A stretch of DNA of 64,000 nucleotides. It comes from Pecten maximus (Eukaryota). The notes beneath the pieces are model-generated. The model saw only the letters and a list, made by a program, of their open reading frames with translations, made no database searches and was not told where the DNA came from. The position numbers and the translations under genes were made by a program. Below are positions 26,724 to 39,977 of this stretch, one piece after another (within the stretch, counting starts at the first letter, position 1; each line of letters starts with the position of its first letter). The stretch is taken from positions 37,820,001 through 37,884,000 of the forward strand of contig NC_047023.1 of assembly GCF_902652985.1 (NCBI RefSeq), in the 5' to 3' direction.

Positions 26724-27521
26724 ATGTCAGGAAAGCGTGTCCCCATCTCTGCTGCATCATATCACCATGAGCAGACGACATCATGTACAATAGCAGAAGT
26801 TGGAAGCCTCCAGGAGCCGTCACCTTTCAATGAGATAACAGAGGTCGTGTTAAGCTACTCCCCTAATCCATCTCCTGGGCAATCACCTGGACATTCACCT
26901 GGACCCTCCCCAGACCACAGGTCAAGGTCATCTACCCAAGGTGTGTACCTGACCAGTACCCCCATCATGTCCACTTCATCCTCCGATGGTGAACCCATTC
27001 TGTCATCTGCTTCAGCTATTATGTCACGTCACGAGAAAAAGAAAAAGAAATGGTACAGACGACTTGGACAGCAGGTGAAGAAGTCATTTGGTTCTAAAAG
27101 TGATTTAAGTACAAGAAAGATGAGCAGGTCAGAAGAAGAACTGATCGTTGTATCTGGTCAATCCTTGACAATGACGTCAGCATTTAACTTTGGACATGCC
27201 AATTCGATGGTGAACCTAACAGGCACAGTACCTGATACAAAAGAGTATCGGCGTACAACTCTACATGAACTTCCTATGGACAGGTGTGCTTCTGACCAGT
27301 ACTTATTGCGGGGAGGGGATACAACCCTTGAGACAAGAAGTCTCCCCACCATGAGTCCAAAACGCTACCATCAACTCCAAGGCCAAAGTGATTTGTCTCT
27401 GTCCACTCAGGATTCTGACCATTCAGATTTTGATAGCCGGTCAGACACCCTTGATGATGATTCGGCCATTTGTGTCACTAGCAGGATTAATTATTTACCG
27501 GGGGACAGGTCAGACTTCCAG
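26724..27521 (+). CDS. MCTP1: First coding exon (1b) of MCTP1-like gene: 266-aa Ser/Pro-rich, probably disordered N-terminus
   Basis: Longest non-repeat ORF in the window (26724-27677). In-frame TGA at 26694 precedes the ATG (A at -3). Coding-like composition ends at TTC CAG|GTACAG (donor GT 27522-27523, phase 0), after which the sequence turns AT-rich. Joins in frame to 45399: ...GDRSDFQ|ELNIRQRQQALMQHSFF... Confidence 0.78.
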
Positions 27522-27779
27522 GTACAGTATTACCATTTATACATGTTAAAAGGTGTACTCATTAGATATTTTATAAAAATCAATAAGCCAGCTACCATTA
27601 CACACCTTAACACCAGGATTAGGCTTGGTTTTCGCTGCAGTGTAAAACCATCATATGGGAAAAAAAAAAAATTCTGAAGATTTTACATTCTTGTAATATT
27701 TGATCTGATGAAAATCAAACACACCTGATAAATGTTCATGTACTACAGATCACGTTGCATGCTACATTATGTATACCTG

Positions 27780-27985
27780 GTATTTATGTATACGTAAATG
27801 ATAATCTGCTTTAGAGACTTTGTTTTTGAAGTTGTGACATTGTGTGTATTTATGTATACGTAAATGATTATCTGCTTTAGAGACTTTGTTTTTGAAGTTG
27901 TGACATTGTGTGTATTTATGTATACGTAAATGATAATCTGCTTTAGAGACTTTGTTTTTGTAAGTGTGAAATTGTGTGTATGTAT
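27780..27985. repeat. Tandem repeat, 69 bp x3
   Basis: Unit tatttatgtatacgtaaatgataatctgctttagagactttgtttttgaagttgtgacattgtgtg. Confidence 0.9.
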
Positions 27986-28777
27986 ACACATATGATAAAG
28001 TGATTATGTAATATCCTGCTCTTTAGCATGAATTTAAGATATGTAAACTTAGTGTACCTTGTGAGAGACTACATATGACTGTATATATTGAAAACATGGA
28101 CAATTGCAAATGTACAAATGAGTACATTTATCTATATGTAATTGTCAATGTGGACGTTTCCAAAAATTTCATGTTTGATTTCCCGAGAAAAGCATGCCAG
28201 TATTTTATAAAGATCTGTCTGTTTAATATCCTGACCCACATTAAAGGCTTCCTTTACAGGCGTTGTTGACATTTTGACAGAATAACATTTGTAGTTTATT
28301 CAACCTGTATGCCAGGACAATGCTATTGTTCAAATATTGAATTTATATACAGGTAGAATGTCTACAGACAAATGTGTACTAATTATACAGGAGTCATCTG
28401 TCTTTAAACTGTTGTCTAAATGGTTGGACACATTAATATTGTATGTGTACATTTAAAAAGCCATTCTTATACACATATACATCCCATGCGAGAAATGTCT
28501 GGTGTCTCTAAAATGTCTACAGATTGGCCCAGTGCAGTGTTTTGAATGTGTAACTAGATTAGTGACTTCTAAAATCCACCATATATGCTTTTATATTTTT
28601 TGAAAAAAAAAAGTATATTTTTATTTCATAATGTTCCGCAAATAATGGATGATCAATTTATCAGAAATTTTAATTTTACTTATATAAAAACAAATAGTTG
28701 AATTATAAAATCTAAGATACATGTACCTTGCTGGTATTATAGATGATGATATCCTACTTGTCATTGATTATACTTGT

Positions 28778-29070
28778 ACATCAAGTTATTAGTCCAATTA
28801 AGTATTTCTCATCAAGTTAAGTCCAATTAAGTATTTCTCATCAAGTTAAGTCCAATTAAGTATTTCTCATCAAGTTATTAGTCCAATTAAGTATTTCTTA
28901 TCAAGTTAAGTCCACAAGTTAAGTCCAATTAAGTATTTCTCATCAAGTTAAGTCCAATTAAGTATTTCTCATCAAGTTAAGTCCAATTAAGTATTTCTCA
29001 TCAAGTTATTAGTCCAATTAAGTATTTCTCATCAAGTTATTAGTCCAATTAAGTAATTCTCTTCAAGTTA
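28778..29070. repeat. Minisatellite, 29/32 bp, ~10 copies
   Basis: Unit catcaagtta(tta)gtccaattaagtatttct. Confidence 0.92.
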
Positions 29071-30060
29071 TTATCACACTAAATAATAGTTTAATATCTG
29101 TACATTGTAATTTGCTGCATGGACATTTTTTTCTTTTTTTGTCTTTTCGGAAAGGACATAAAGTGGTCGATTATAAAGTTTATTTATATATTTGTGTAAA
29201 TGTATATCAATCCTGAAGTGGATGATTTTTATGACATGTCACTAGTTTTTCTACTGTAGGTGTAGGAATCAGCTAGTAAAGGGGCACTCAAATGTGGTGA
29301 AATATTGGAAGTTCTTTACCATCATTAAAACATGTGGTCCAAATTAAGTCATAGAGATTAGAAACTACATGTTTGTGTACCATCATTAAAACATGTGGTC
29401 CAAAGTCATAGAGATTAGAAACTACATGTTTGTGGCCTAATCTCCAAAAGATATTATATACTCATGCATGTATATTATATAACGTTGATATATAAAATTC
29501 AGAGCCAGCCAACTTTAACATCTGAATACTAGCTACATGGTGGACTGATATGTGTGTAGGTATAGCTGTTGACCTACATATACCTGATGATTAAACATTC
29601 ACTTCAGGTACTGATTGATGAATTATTTTCATAAAAAAAAAATGGCAGAAGGAGGAAGGGAGTTCGATGAAACATTGCTATGAATTGGCAGATTTTGACA
29701 TTTTCACATCAAAACAGGAAGGTTTTATTTTGGTTTGTGAAAATTTGGAGTTTCCGTCAACTCTGTGTCTAATTTAGTACATTCTGACACCATATTGCAA
29801 TGTGGATTTCCACTTGAGCCAGAGATAAAATGTGTTTTCTCCTGACTCAAAGATTTATAATTATCAGCCTTGTAGACCACATCCAACTCTTCAGTACAGA
29901 CTTGCTGTTTGTTTATCTTTTAATATATCTTCAATTAAAAATAACACTTGCGGTTTCAGTTTAAGAAATGCTGTGTTTGTGTTTGAAGTCTTGGTGGTTC
30001 AAAGACTGAAAGATCTACTGTTATCTATACAATTGACTTACTTGTGCTTTATAGAATACT

Positions 30061-31427
30061 GGATCTTAGTATGAGAGATTCTGAGGAGATATCAATGATC
30101 TTAGTATCAGAGATTCTGAGGAGATATCAATGATATTAGTATTAGAGATTCTGAGGAGATATCACAGATCTTAGTATTAGAGATTCTGAGGAGATATCGT
30201 GGATCTTAGTATCAGAGATTCTGGGGAGATATCGTGGATCTTAGTATTAGAGATTCTGAGGAGATATCATGTATCTTAGTATTAGAGATTCTGAGGAGAT
30301 ATCGTGGATCTTAGTATCAGAGATTCTGGGGAGATATCGTGGATCTTAGTATTAGAGATTCTGAGGAGATATCATGTATCTTAGTATTAGAGATTCTGAG
30401 GAGATATCATGGATCTTAGTATTAGAGATTCTGAGGAGATATCGTGGATCTTTAAATATTAGAGATTCTGAGGAGATATCATGGATCTTAGTATCAGAGA
30501 TTCTGAGGAGATATCGTGGATCTTAGTATTGGAGATTCTGGGGAGATATCATGGATCTTAGTATTAGAGATTCTGAGGAGATATCATGGATCGAAGTATT
30601 AGAGATTCTGAGGAGATATCATGGATCTTAGTATTAGAGATTCTGAGGAGATATCATGGATCTTAGTATCAGAGATTCTGAGGAGATATCGTGGATCTTA
30701 GTATTGGAGATTCTGGGGAGATATCATGGATCTTAGTATCAGAGATTCTGAGGAGATATCATGGATCTTAGTATTAGAGATTCTGAGGAGATATCATGGA
30801 TCTAAGTATTAGAGATTCTGAGGAGATATCACAGATCTTAGTATTAGAGATTCTGAGGAGATATCATGGATCGAAGTATTAGAGATTCTGAGGAGATATC
30901 ATGGATCTTAGTATTAGAGATTCTGGGGAGATATCGTGGATTTTAGTATTAGAGATTCTGAGGAGATATCATGGATCTTAGTATTAGAGATTCCGAGGAG
31001 ATATCGTGGATCTTTAAATATTAGAGATTCTGAGGAGATATCGTGGATCTTAGTATCAGAGATTCTGAGGAGATATCATGGATCTTAGTATTAGAGATTC
31101 TGGGGAGATATCGTGGATCTTAGTATTAGAGATTCTGAAGAGATATCATTGATCGAAGTATTAGAGATTCTGAGGAGATATCACAGATCTTAGTATTGGA
31201 GATTTTGAGGAGATATCATGGATCTTAGTATTAGAGCTTCTGAATAGATATCACAGATCTTAGTATTAGAGATTCTGGGGAGATATCGTGGATCTTTAAG
31301 TATCAGAGATTCTGAGGAGATATCATGGATCTTAGTATTAGAGATTCTGAGGAGATATCGTGGATCTTAGTATTAGAGATTCTGGGGAGATATCGTGGAT
31401 CTTAGTATTAGAGATTCTGAGGAGATT
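30061..31427. repeat. Minisatellite, 35 bp, ~39 copies
   Basis: Unit ggatcttagtattagagattctgaggagatatc(a/g)t. Confidence 0.97.
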
Positions 31428-31815
31428 TTGTGGTTTACTTGTTCTAATTAATCTGTATTACCCTGCACCCTATAACCGGCAGCAGACTGGCAGGGTAAGG
31501 TAAATAATGCTACAAAGCCGCAGTAATTAGTAGCTGTCCGGAACTTATTCCTACTGGTTATTATTTTTGGCATAATAATGGACTTCCCTGTGACCATCTC
31601 AGGTCTAATCTCACTAAATTTATCAACTGGCCATCGGAAACAATTGGCTCATGAACAGAACTCTATTAACAATATCACAATTTTCCTTTCTGAATCAGTG
31701 TGGAGTTGTCTATATGCATTGTGCTAACCAGCTTTTTAATGAAGTTCCAATTATGACTGCTGAATCAGTCTGGTTAGTATGACTTTCTTGAAGATGTTCA
31801 TTTTCTGAATGCTAC

Positions 31816-32368
31816 TAGCTTGACCACTAGTAGATGTTCAGAAGCAGTCTGGGTAGCTTGACCACTAGTAGATGTTCAGAAGCAGTCTGGGTGGCTTGAC
31901 CACTAGTAGATGTTCAGAAGCAGTCTAGTTAGATTGACCACCAGTAGATATTCAGAAGCAGTCGGTGTAGCTTGACCACCAGTAGATGTTCAGAAGCAGT
32001 CTGGGTAGCTTGACCACCAGTAGATGTTCAGAAGCAGTCTGGGTAGCTTGACCACCAGTAGATGGTCAGAAGCAGTCTGTGTATAGCTTGACCACTAGTA
32101 GATGGTCAGAAACAGTCTGGGTAGCTTGACTACCAGTAGATGTTCAGAATCTGTCTAGTTAGCTTGACCACCAGTAGATGTTCAGAATCTGTCTAGTTAG
32201 CTTGACCACCAGTAGATGGTCAGAATCAGTCTAGTTAGCTTGACCACCAGTAGATGTTCAGAATCAGTCTAGTTAGCTTGACCACCAGTAGATGGTCAGA
32301 ATCTGTCTAGTTAGCTTGACCACCAGTAGATGGTCAGAATCTGTCTAGTTAGCTTGACCACCAGTAGA
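31816..32368. repeat. Minisatellite, 38 bp, ~14 copies
   Basis: Unit tagcttgaccaccagtagatgttcagaagcagtctggg. Confidence 0.95.
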
Positions 32369-33721
32369 CATGATCTGAAAGCAAATCAGAAGTCAGTCTC
32401 TGTTCATGACTTATAACTTGAAAGGTGATACTTTTTGGGTATGGATGTATGTCATTAAACTAACCAGCCATGAATTTACATTAGGTTGATATTTTTAAGT
32501 GGGTCTATTTTTGACTAGAAGATTAAATGAAGTCACAAAATATTTTGAAAATAAAAATCATACGGAAAGGTATAATCTTTCTTCATAATTCAGCAAAAAT
32601 TTAGCTTTAAACATTTGAATGTATAAAGTTTTGAGTCTTTGAAAATTGCATCCTTGACAGTATGTTTTTTATTGATAACCAGGAAATCAGGACACAACAT
32701 TATCAGTCCTAGTTGTCTGTTAGCTTCCTCGGTGGAAACTCTGGTGTCGGTCAGCCAGGAAGATTTGTTCTATTGTAATAAATTCTATTGTGTTTGTGAC
32801 AGACACGTTTAATATAAACAAAGTCTGTATTTCGGTTTATTTGTCTAGATTGTCAAAATTAATTTATTATTACAAGGCTCTCTGAAAAGTACAAAACTAC
32901 GCCTGATTAATCGAGCTTACACAATCTTGGATGAACACTCAATCTTCGGCAGTAGTCGATCCATTTCAACTTTTTTTTACTATAGGAACACCACTACATA
33001 TTAGACACATGCTGCCAGCCAATCGCTACTGATCATGGCATAATACAGAGTTCTATAAGAGGGCATAAATTCAACCAAATCCTTACAACTTTTCTTACAA
33101 GCTCAACAGGTTCTGTTGATGGAGGTGTGGGAGTGGGGTCATGGGGTGGTTGATGGTACCTCTCTTGCCAGCCCTGTTGTGATTTTTGATTTAATTTCTT
33201 GGAATAGTCTTATTATAGAAGTAGTATTACCATTTAATGATTCCTTATATTGATTACATCTCTGATGTATGTATGGCTTTTCCAGTCCTTATTTGTGTAA
33301 TCAATTTACATTGGAAAGAGTCAGCAATGAAATATTGACTTAATGTAAAACATTCATCGTAACAGAACTCTAACATTGACAGCCAGCTGAAACTCTCTTG
33401 AATCCAATTGTTAGAAGTAACAATATTGGAGATAAAATATGAGAGCTTGGCTTTATAATCAGCAGGATGAATTAGATTCCATGAAAATTAACAGTTTCAT
33501 ATCAAGTTTTGCGTGGCGTTCTATGACAAATTTGAGAAAAGGATGTATCAAATTGCCATGTGGCAGTAGTGTTGTATGAATCACAAACCGTAGGTACCCA
33601 TTCTGTAACAATACAGGTTTGCACATGTCAATTATCTCCCATTAAAATCCCAGAAAGCTTTCTCTAAGTCTAACATTTTTATGCAACTTTTTATAAGGTT
33701 GATAGTCAAGTCCATGATCAA

Positions 33722-34460
33722 GTATATAAGACTCTATCATATGTGGTCATGTAGGATAGGGATATTCCACCCGAGGGGTCACAAAATGTGGTAAAACCCG
33801 AGGCTCCACTGAGGGTTTTACCACATTTTGTGACCCAGAGGGTGAAATATCCCTATCCTACATGAACCACATAGGATTGAGTATTTTTCTCTCATTCCCC
33901 AACCTAAAATATGCAAAAATAGGCACTATCTGTTGATAGCTTTCTCAGATAGACGCCATTTTTTCTCAATCCAAACTTTTTTTCTACTGCATATAATAAA
34001 AAAAGAACAGCGCCAATCGATTTACCATACCCCATATATGCAAACAACATTTGCTGTTCTAAAAACGAAGGAAACCATTCATTTCCACAGTCTAACGTTG
34101 TTTCAGCAGCCCTGTCATTGCAAGCGAAGCCAAATCACTTGATGTCGGCCAAGCTAGTGTGTCCTTTCGCGTGAAAATATAGTTCCATGTTTTATTAATA
34201 AAAAACAATAAAAGAACGTGTATTTTTACATAATTTATATCATAAATAAAAAAAATTATTATCTGATTACATATCTTAATTCAATGTATTGTTGAAATGT
34301 TTAAATATAGATTGATCTACTTTCGGTTCGGCGACCTACTTTTGTATCATTGCGCGTGCGTGGCTATCCTACACCGGAAGCGAGGTAATACACACACAGC
34401 AAGCATGGGTGTATTTACCTGGACAGACCAGTATGATACCGGTAGGGATGAGAGAAAAAG
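33722..34460. mobile_element. Non-autonomous DNA element with a 134-bp terminal palindrome and a second inverted-repeat pair
   Basis: Near-perfect hairpin at 33740-33873; TTTTTCTCTCAT (33884-33895) is inverted at 34448-34459; the interior is richer in CpG than the flanks. Confidence 0.65.
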
Positions 34461-35554
34461 GTGTAAAAATCCTTGTTAACAATATTTCAACCACTGTCAG
34501 TAGGACATGGCCAAGTAGGTGATATCTACTGTATTGAACCTCAGAATGAACACCATGAGCTCGTAACATGAAAAAGAAGATGACTGTGTAACCTTGTTCG
34601 TTAATTTGCTAGTTTTGTTTCCTGTTGAACAGCCACAGGGCATGACTTTCTTGTAGTAGCAGGTGGCTACTTCACTGAACAATATTCAAAATGCCTGTTA
34701 AAGGACACAATCATGACAGCTTGGCTGATGGCTTGTGATCTGAGGTTCCTTGCTAAGAACAAAACAAAACTGCCCTTCCTTCCTTAGAACAAAAAACTGC
34801 CCGAAGTAGGGGTAAAACTATCAAAATAGATAGAATTCATGTGTACAAGAAAAGGATTTAGGTTGTTTGATATAGGAATGGGATTCACACATCAACAAAA
34901 ATGATAAGGGCACATTCTCATAGCTGAACTGGTCAGTTCTGTTACTGGATAGCTGGTTTTGGTGAAGTTGTGGCTATTTTTACTTTTCCAACTCAGACTG
35001 CATGGTCAGATTAATTATTCTAACAATGTGTGGTCAAACTTGATTAGTGTCACATTTAAATACCTAATTTCAAGGGCAAGAACACCAGATGAATTGTTGA
35101 TGTAATTATTAAGCTTGTCTGTTATTGAAATGATCTTGTATCGTCTACACAGAATATCAATAATGTGGGATTAGGGCAATGTCACCAAATATAAGACAGT
35201 CTTATTGACGCTTTTCAGTAAGCAGAGAATTTGACTATTGTGAAATAAGACATCACACTTTAAAAACCTTTCATTGGAAGGATTAACTTCAAAAGCCAGC
35301 TTTGAAAAATCTCTGGGAGAGAAATTCACTTGATATTAATCTACCTGACTAACCAATGTTTATTATGTCCATATATGGGATACCTTGGATCATACATTTC
35401 TTTCAAGACTTTCTCCTCTTCTTTTATATTTTGAATACCGGTATTTTCATTGATGAGATTGATGAGTTGCTATGTAGACTGTAGGTCTTAGATTTGATAT
35501 AGAAATTCAATTGCTATTGCTATACCGCCAGAGGTGGCATCCATAGACAGGTTT

Positions 35555-37502
35555 TTAGGTCACCTGAGACAAAGTCTCAAGTGACCTATTCTTATCGCCT
35601 TTTGTCCGTCGTCGTCCGTTGTCCGTCGTGCGGTGTGCTTCGTCCGTCGTCCGTCCGTAAACAATTTACATTTTCAACTTCTCCTCCAAAACCACTGAAC
35701 CAAATTCAATGAAATTTGGCAGGGAGCTTCTATGGCTAAAGGTCAACCAAAATTGTGAATTATATGGTCCCCATCCCCCAGGGGCCTGAGGGGCGGGGCC
35801 AAAAAGGGTCAAATTGACTAAAACTTCAAAAATCTTCTTCTCTACTCTCAGGTAAGGTAGAATCAAACACTCTTCATAGATGAAAGGGTCTTAAAGTGCT
35901 TTACCAAAATTGTGAATTTCATGACCCTGGGGTCTCATCTTTGCCCCTGGGGAGTGGGTAAACTTTACTATAGTTTATATAGGGAAATCACATTTTTGAC
36001 TATTATTTGTTGGATTTGTGTTGGAATTCATTCTAACTTGGTTCAAATTATCAGCATAGGATGACAGTTTGATGGTATGTACATGTTGGCCCTGGTTGAC
36101 CCCCAGGGGCTGGTGGGCGGGGCCAAAAAGGGTCAAATTGACTGAAATTTCAAAAATCTTCTTTTCTACTCTCAGATATGGTAGAATCAAATACTCTTCA
36201 TAGATGAAAGGGGCTTAATGTGCTTTACCAAAATTGTGAATTTCATGACCCTGGGGTCTCACATTTGCCCCTGGGGAGGAGGTAAACTTTACTATAGTTT
36301 ATATAGGGAAATCACATTTTTGTCTATTATTTGTTGGATTTGTGTTGGAATTCATTCTAACTTGGTTCAAATTATCAGCATAGGATGACAGTTTGATGGT
36401 ATGTACATGTTGGCCCTGGTTGACCCCCAGGGGCTGGTGGGTGGGGCCAAAAAGGGTCAAATTGACTGAAATTTCAAAAATCTTCTTCTCTACTCTCAGA
36501 TATGGTAGAATCAAATACTCTTCATAGATGAAAGGGGCTTAATGTGCTTTACGAAAATTGTGAATTTCATGACCCTGGGGTCTCACATTTGCCCCTGGGG
36601 AGGAAGTAAACTTTTATATAGGGAAATCACATTTTTGACTATTATTTGTTGGATTTCAATTGGAATTCATTCTAACTTGGTTCAAATTATCAGCTTGGGA
36701 TGACAGTTTGATGGTATGTACATGTTGGCCCTGGTTGACCCCCAGGGGCTGGTGGGCGGGGCCAAAAAGGGTCAAATTGACTGAAATTTCATAAATCGTC
36801 TTCTCTACTCTCAGATACGGTAGAATCAAATACTCTTAATAGATGGAAGGGTCTTAAGGTGATTTACCAAAATTGTGAATTTCATATACCCTGGGGTCTC
36901 ATGTTTGCGTCTGGGGAGGGGGTAAACTTTACTATAGTTTATATAGGGAAATCACATTTTTGACTATTATTTGTTGGATTTGTATATAAAGGGAAATTTT
37001 TGACTATAGCTATTATTTGTTTAATTTTTATTGGAATTCATTCTAACTTTGTTAACATTATCAGCTTGGGATGACAGTTTGATGGTATGTACATGTTTGC
37101 CCTGACTGACCCCCGGGGGTCAAATTAACTGAAATTTTAAAGATCTTCTTCTTACAACCCAAATAATGTAGAATTAAATACTCTTCACAGATGGAAGGGT
37201 CTTAAGGTGCTTTACCATAATTGTGAATTTCCTAGCCCTGGGGTCTCATGTTTGCCCCATGGGAGGGGATAAACTTTACTATAGTGGTAGGGAAATCACA
37301 TTTTTGACTATCATTTGTTTTATTTGTTTTGAAATTCATTCTAAATTTGTTAACATTATCAGCATGGGATGACTGCTTAATGGTATGCAAATTTTGGCCC
37401 TGGCTGATCCCTTAGACTGATAGGTAAGGCCAAAAAGTGTCAATCAAATTTACTGAAATATTTCAAAATCAGGTGACCGTTAAGGCCCATGGGCCTCTTG
37501 TT
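35555..37502 (+). mobile_element. Intact Helentron-associated non-autonomous element (HINE / pearl-CvA / DTC84-like) carrying a 324-bp internal tandem array
   Basis: T-run, 5' hairpin AGGTCACCTGAGAC-AAA-GTCTCAAGTGACCT, (GTCC/GTC)n microsatellite, about five 324-bp repeats (ORFs 35975 and 36299 are 324 apart), 3' subterminal IR TCAGGTGACC, palindrome AGGCCCATGGGCCT, then CTTGTT. Confidence 0.88.
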
Positions 37503-38200
37503 GTAAAATAATGTAATAAGTGTTGATGCTAATGAGGACAGCTTACACATTTCACATGTGTGTTCCTTGTCACAATATTTTTCCAATGGTACATTTCTGG
37601 ACCTGCTGACCTTGACTGTGACCTTTGACCTAATTTTAAAAAGCTTCAACCTTGACCACAGTATGTTAACTGTATGAGTCATGTAAGGCTTCCATATTAA
37701 TCATTTCATGTGTTCCTTGTCAGAAAACCTTTCCACTGATACTACATTTGCAGATCTACTGACCTTGACCACGACCTACTTAAAAAAAAATTAAAAGAAT
37801 TCTGAATTGCAAAAGCGTTATGAGCATTTTTTGAGTTGACAATGTCATATATAGACATTAGATGTTTTGTCCCAATATATACAAAGTTATTGCCCTTGTT
37901 TATCATGTGTCCCTAATGAATGCTAAATTATACAGATGTGTACCTCCTTAGCTTGTTGAAATTATAAGCTTAAGGACAACACATTTTATTAAGAGGTATT
38001 GCAGATGTCATTGTTTTAATTGTTACTTGGAAACTAACCTGAGTACCAATGCTGAGGTAGTTATCTACTCTGTAACACAATCCATAAAAAAATGCTCATA
38101 ATTTAACCTTCATATATCTAAATTTCAAGAGTTCCATACAGAGCAATATTGTGGCCATTTCTAGTAATTAAGTATATATTAAGTATGAAATAATTTTATG

Positions 38201-38470
38201 TACCATATTTATCTGCAAATAAGCCCCTACCTACAAATAAACTTCCCTTTTTCATTTTTGCAGAATCATCAGTTTAAAATAGTTTGCCAAAAGTAGTTCG
38301 CAAATATGCCTTCCCAGACTTTGATAATAAAGACTTACACCTGAGGAGGGTATTACACCTGGGGAGGGTGCTTACACCTTGGGAGGGTGTTACACCTGGG
38401 GAGGGTGCTTACACCTTGGGAGGGTGTTTACACCTGGGAAGGGGGGTTGTTGTTTTCGGGATAAAAAACA
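38201..38470. mobile_element. MITE copy 2 with internal ttacacctggggagggtg expansion (38335-38443)
   Basis: Left TIR TACCATATTTATCTGCAAATAAGCCCC; body similar to 17492-17679. Confidence 0.65.
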
Positions 38471-39181
38471 ATACTTCATTATGTCCGTATGTCCAGTGAG
38501 TACCTGTAAGTTAGCACCCACCATCAGGTATCATTCTACAGTTGTACATTCACCGATGTTCTTAAATCTGATATCCATGTTCCTATACTGCTAGTATAGG
38601 TACGATACCTTCCCTCAGGTGCCCCCATACTGACGAGTCTACATGATAGTGTGATTTTCCTGACCTGTATAGGTATGTTAGTGTAGACTGAGGTTCATCG
38701 TTAGTCTCACCAGAAGTAAATAGGATTGTTATCTAATCATATATTTCATGCATACAATCTGGTATTTTAATGAATCTGATGGTAAAAGACCCTTGGGGCT
38801 CAACATGAACCTGAGATTAAAAGACCCTTGGGGCTCAACATACAGATCAGGCCTGGAATGCTAGTATTAGACTGTCAGGAACTATACCTGCCAACGTGTG
38901 CTGTAGTTTTATGATTTTTATGAATATACGTTCATCCCCACTACTGTGGTGACATTACATTTTTTCACCTGTGTGAGACCTGGATGTTTACCTGTGAAGT
39001 TATGTCCATGTGTTATCCCAGGTGTAGGAGCTCGTTATCAAGTCCAACCCTGGTGATCGAACCACAATCAGACTAACTAATCATAAAGACTGTTTGGATG
39101 TCTAAATTTTGGTTTAGAGGTCAGGTGAACAAGGTCGTCAACACTAATGGTCAGCAGGAATGAGGAAAGGATACAACAATC

Positions 39182-39226
39182 ATGTTGACAAAGATACTCC
39201 ACAAAGTTAAACGACTATTCCATGTT
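39182..39226 (+). CDS. Weak candidate alternative first micro-exon (1c): MLTKILHKVKRLFHV
   Basis: aatcATG (A at -3), in-frame TGA at 39161, 15 codons, then consensus donor GTAAGT (39227-39232) in phase 0. Out-of-frame upstream ATGs at 39147 and 39160 weaken the call. Confidence 0.33.
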
Positions 39227-39977
39227 GTAAGTTTAATGTTGTGTTGTTGATTTGAAGACAGATTGTTTCAGTGTGCTGTAGGCACAGTCTTTATGGCATG
39301 GAGTGGATATCATACAGTCATTCATGTGTATTAGTATGATCAGCTTTAAGTTAATACTGTCTGTTTATAGTAAACATGAAGTAGCCCATCATTTACTTAT
39401 TAAACTGGTAAACAACAGTTTTAAATGTACTAATGTCTGTACTTTGTACATGTATGTGTAACTATTGTTAACATGTGACCAGAATCATGCCTACTCATTG
39501 ACTGGTGTGAGGTGACAGTTTACTACTGTATAACATGGAATGTTCAGTGTGTGTGGTTTTCATGACAGATGTTATTTTGAAACCCCAAAATAAATACAAC
39601 AAATTGAAACTCTTTTTTAAACTGATATACATAATAGAGATCTGAATTAAGTGTTGTTACCTGTGGCTGATAGTAGACCTGCTTGACTACCTGAGGTCAT
39701 TCTTTGTCCATTTGACCACTATATCTACCAGGCTAGGTAATATTAAGGTCGCCACCTGTCAATTACAAGTCCGTGATTTCAGGAATTGCTTTTGTTTTTC
39801 TATTAGTTTTCATATTGCCTTTCTGTTGAGCCGTATCTATGTTAATGACCAGGATTCTGTTGAATAGTACAGTAAATTGTATGCTTACTTCACAAAAATG
39901 TTCCTTTGTGTAACTTTTCAAGGAAAGATTTTTATGGATGACTTAATTTAGAGAAAGATTTTATCACTGTCTTATAT

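Noticed and set aside
27522-27677. C-terminal 51 codons of the 317-aa ORF
   Set aside because: Read-through past the CAG|GTACAG donor into AT-rich intron ending in an A-run.
25262-31539. Exact 15-mer AATTAGTAGCTGTCC at 25262 and 31525
   Set aside because: One such match is roughly expected by chance in this much AT-rich sequence, and there is no flanking similarity.
35666-36514. Repeated MILPYLRVEKK ORFs
   Set aside because: Antisense translations of the 324-bp internal repeat; no Rep/helicase motifs.
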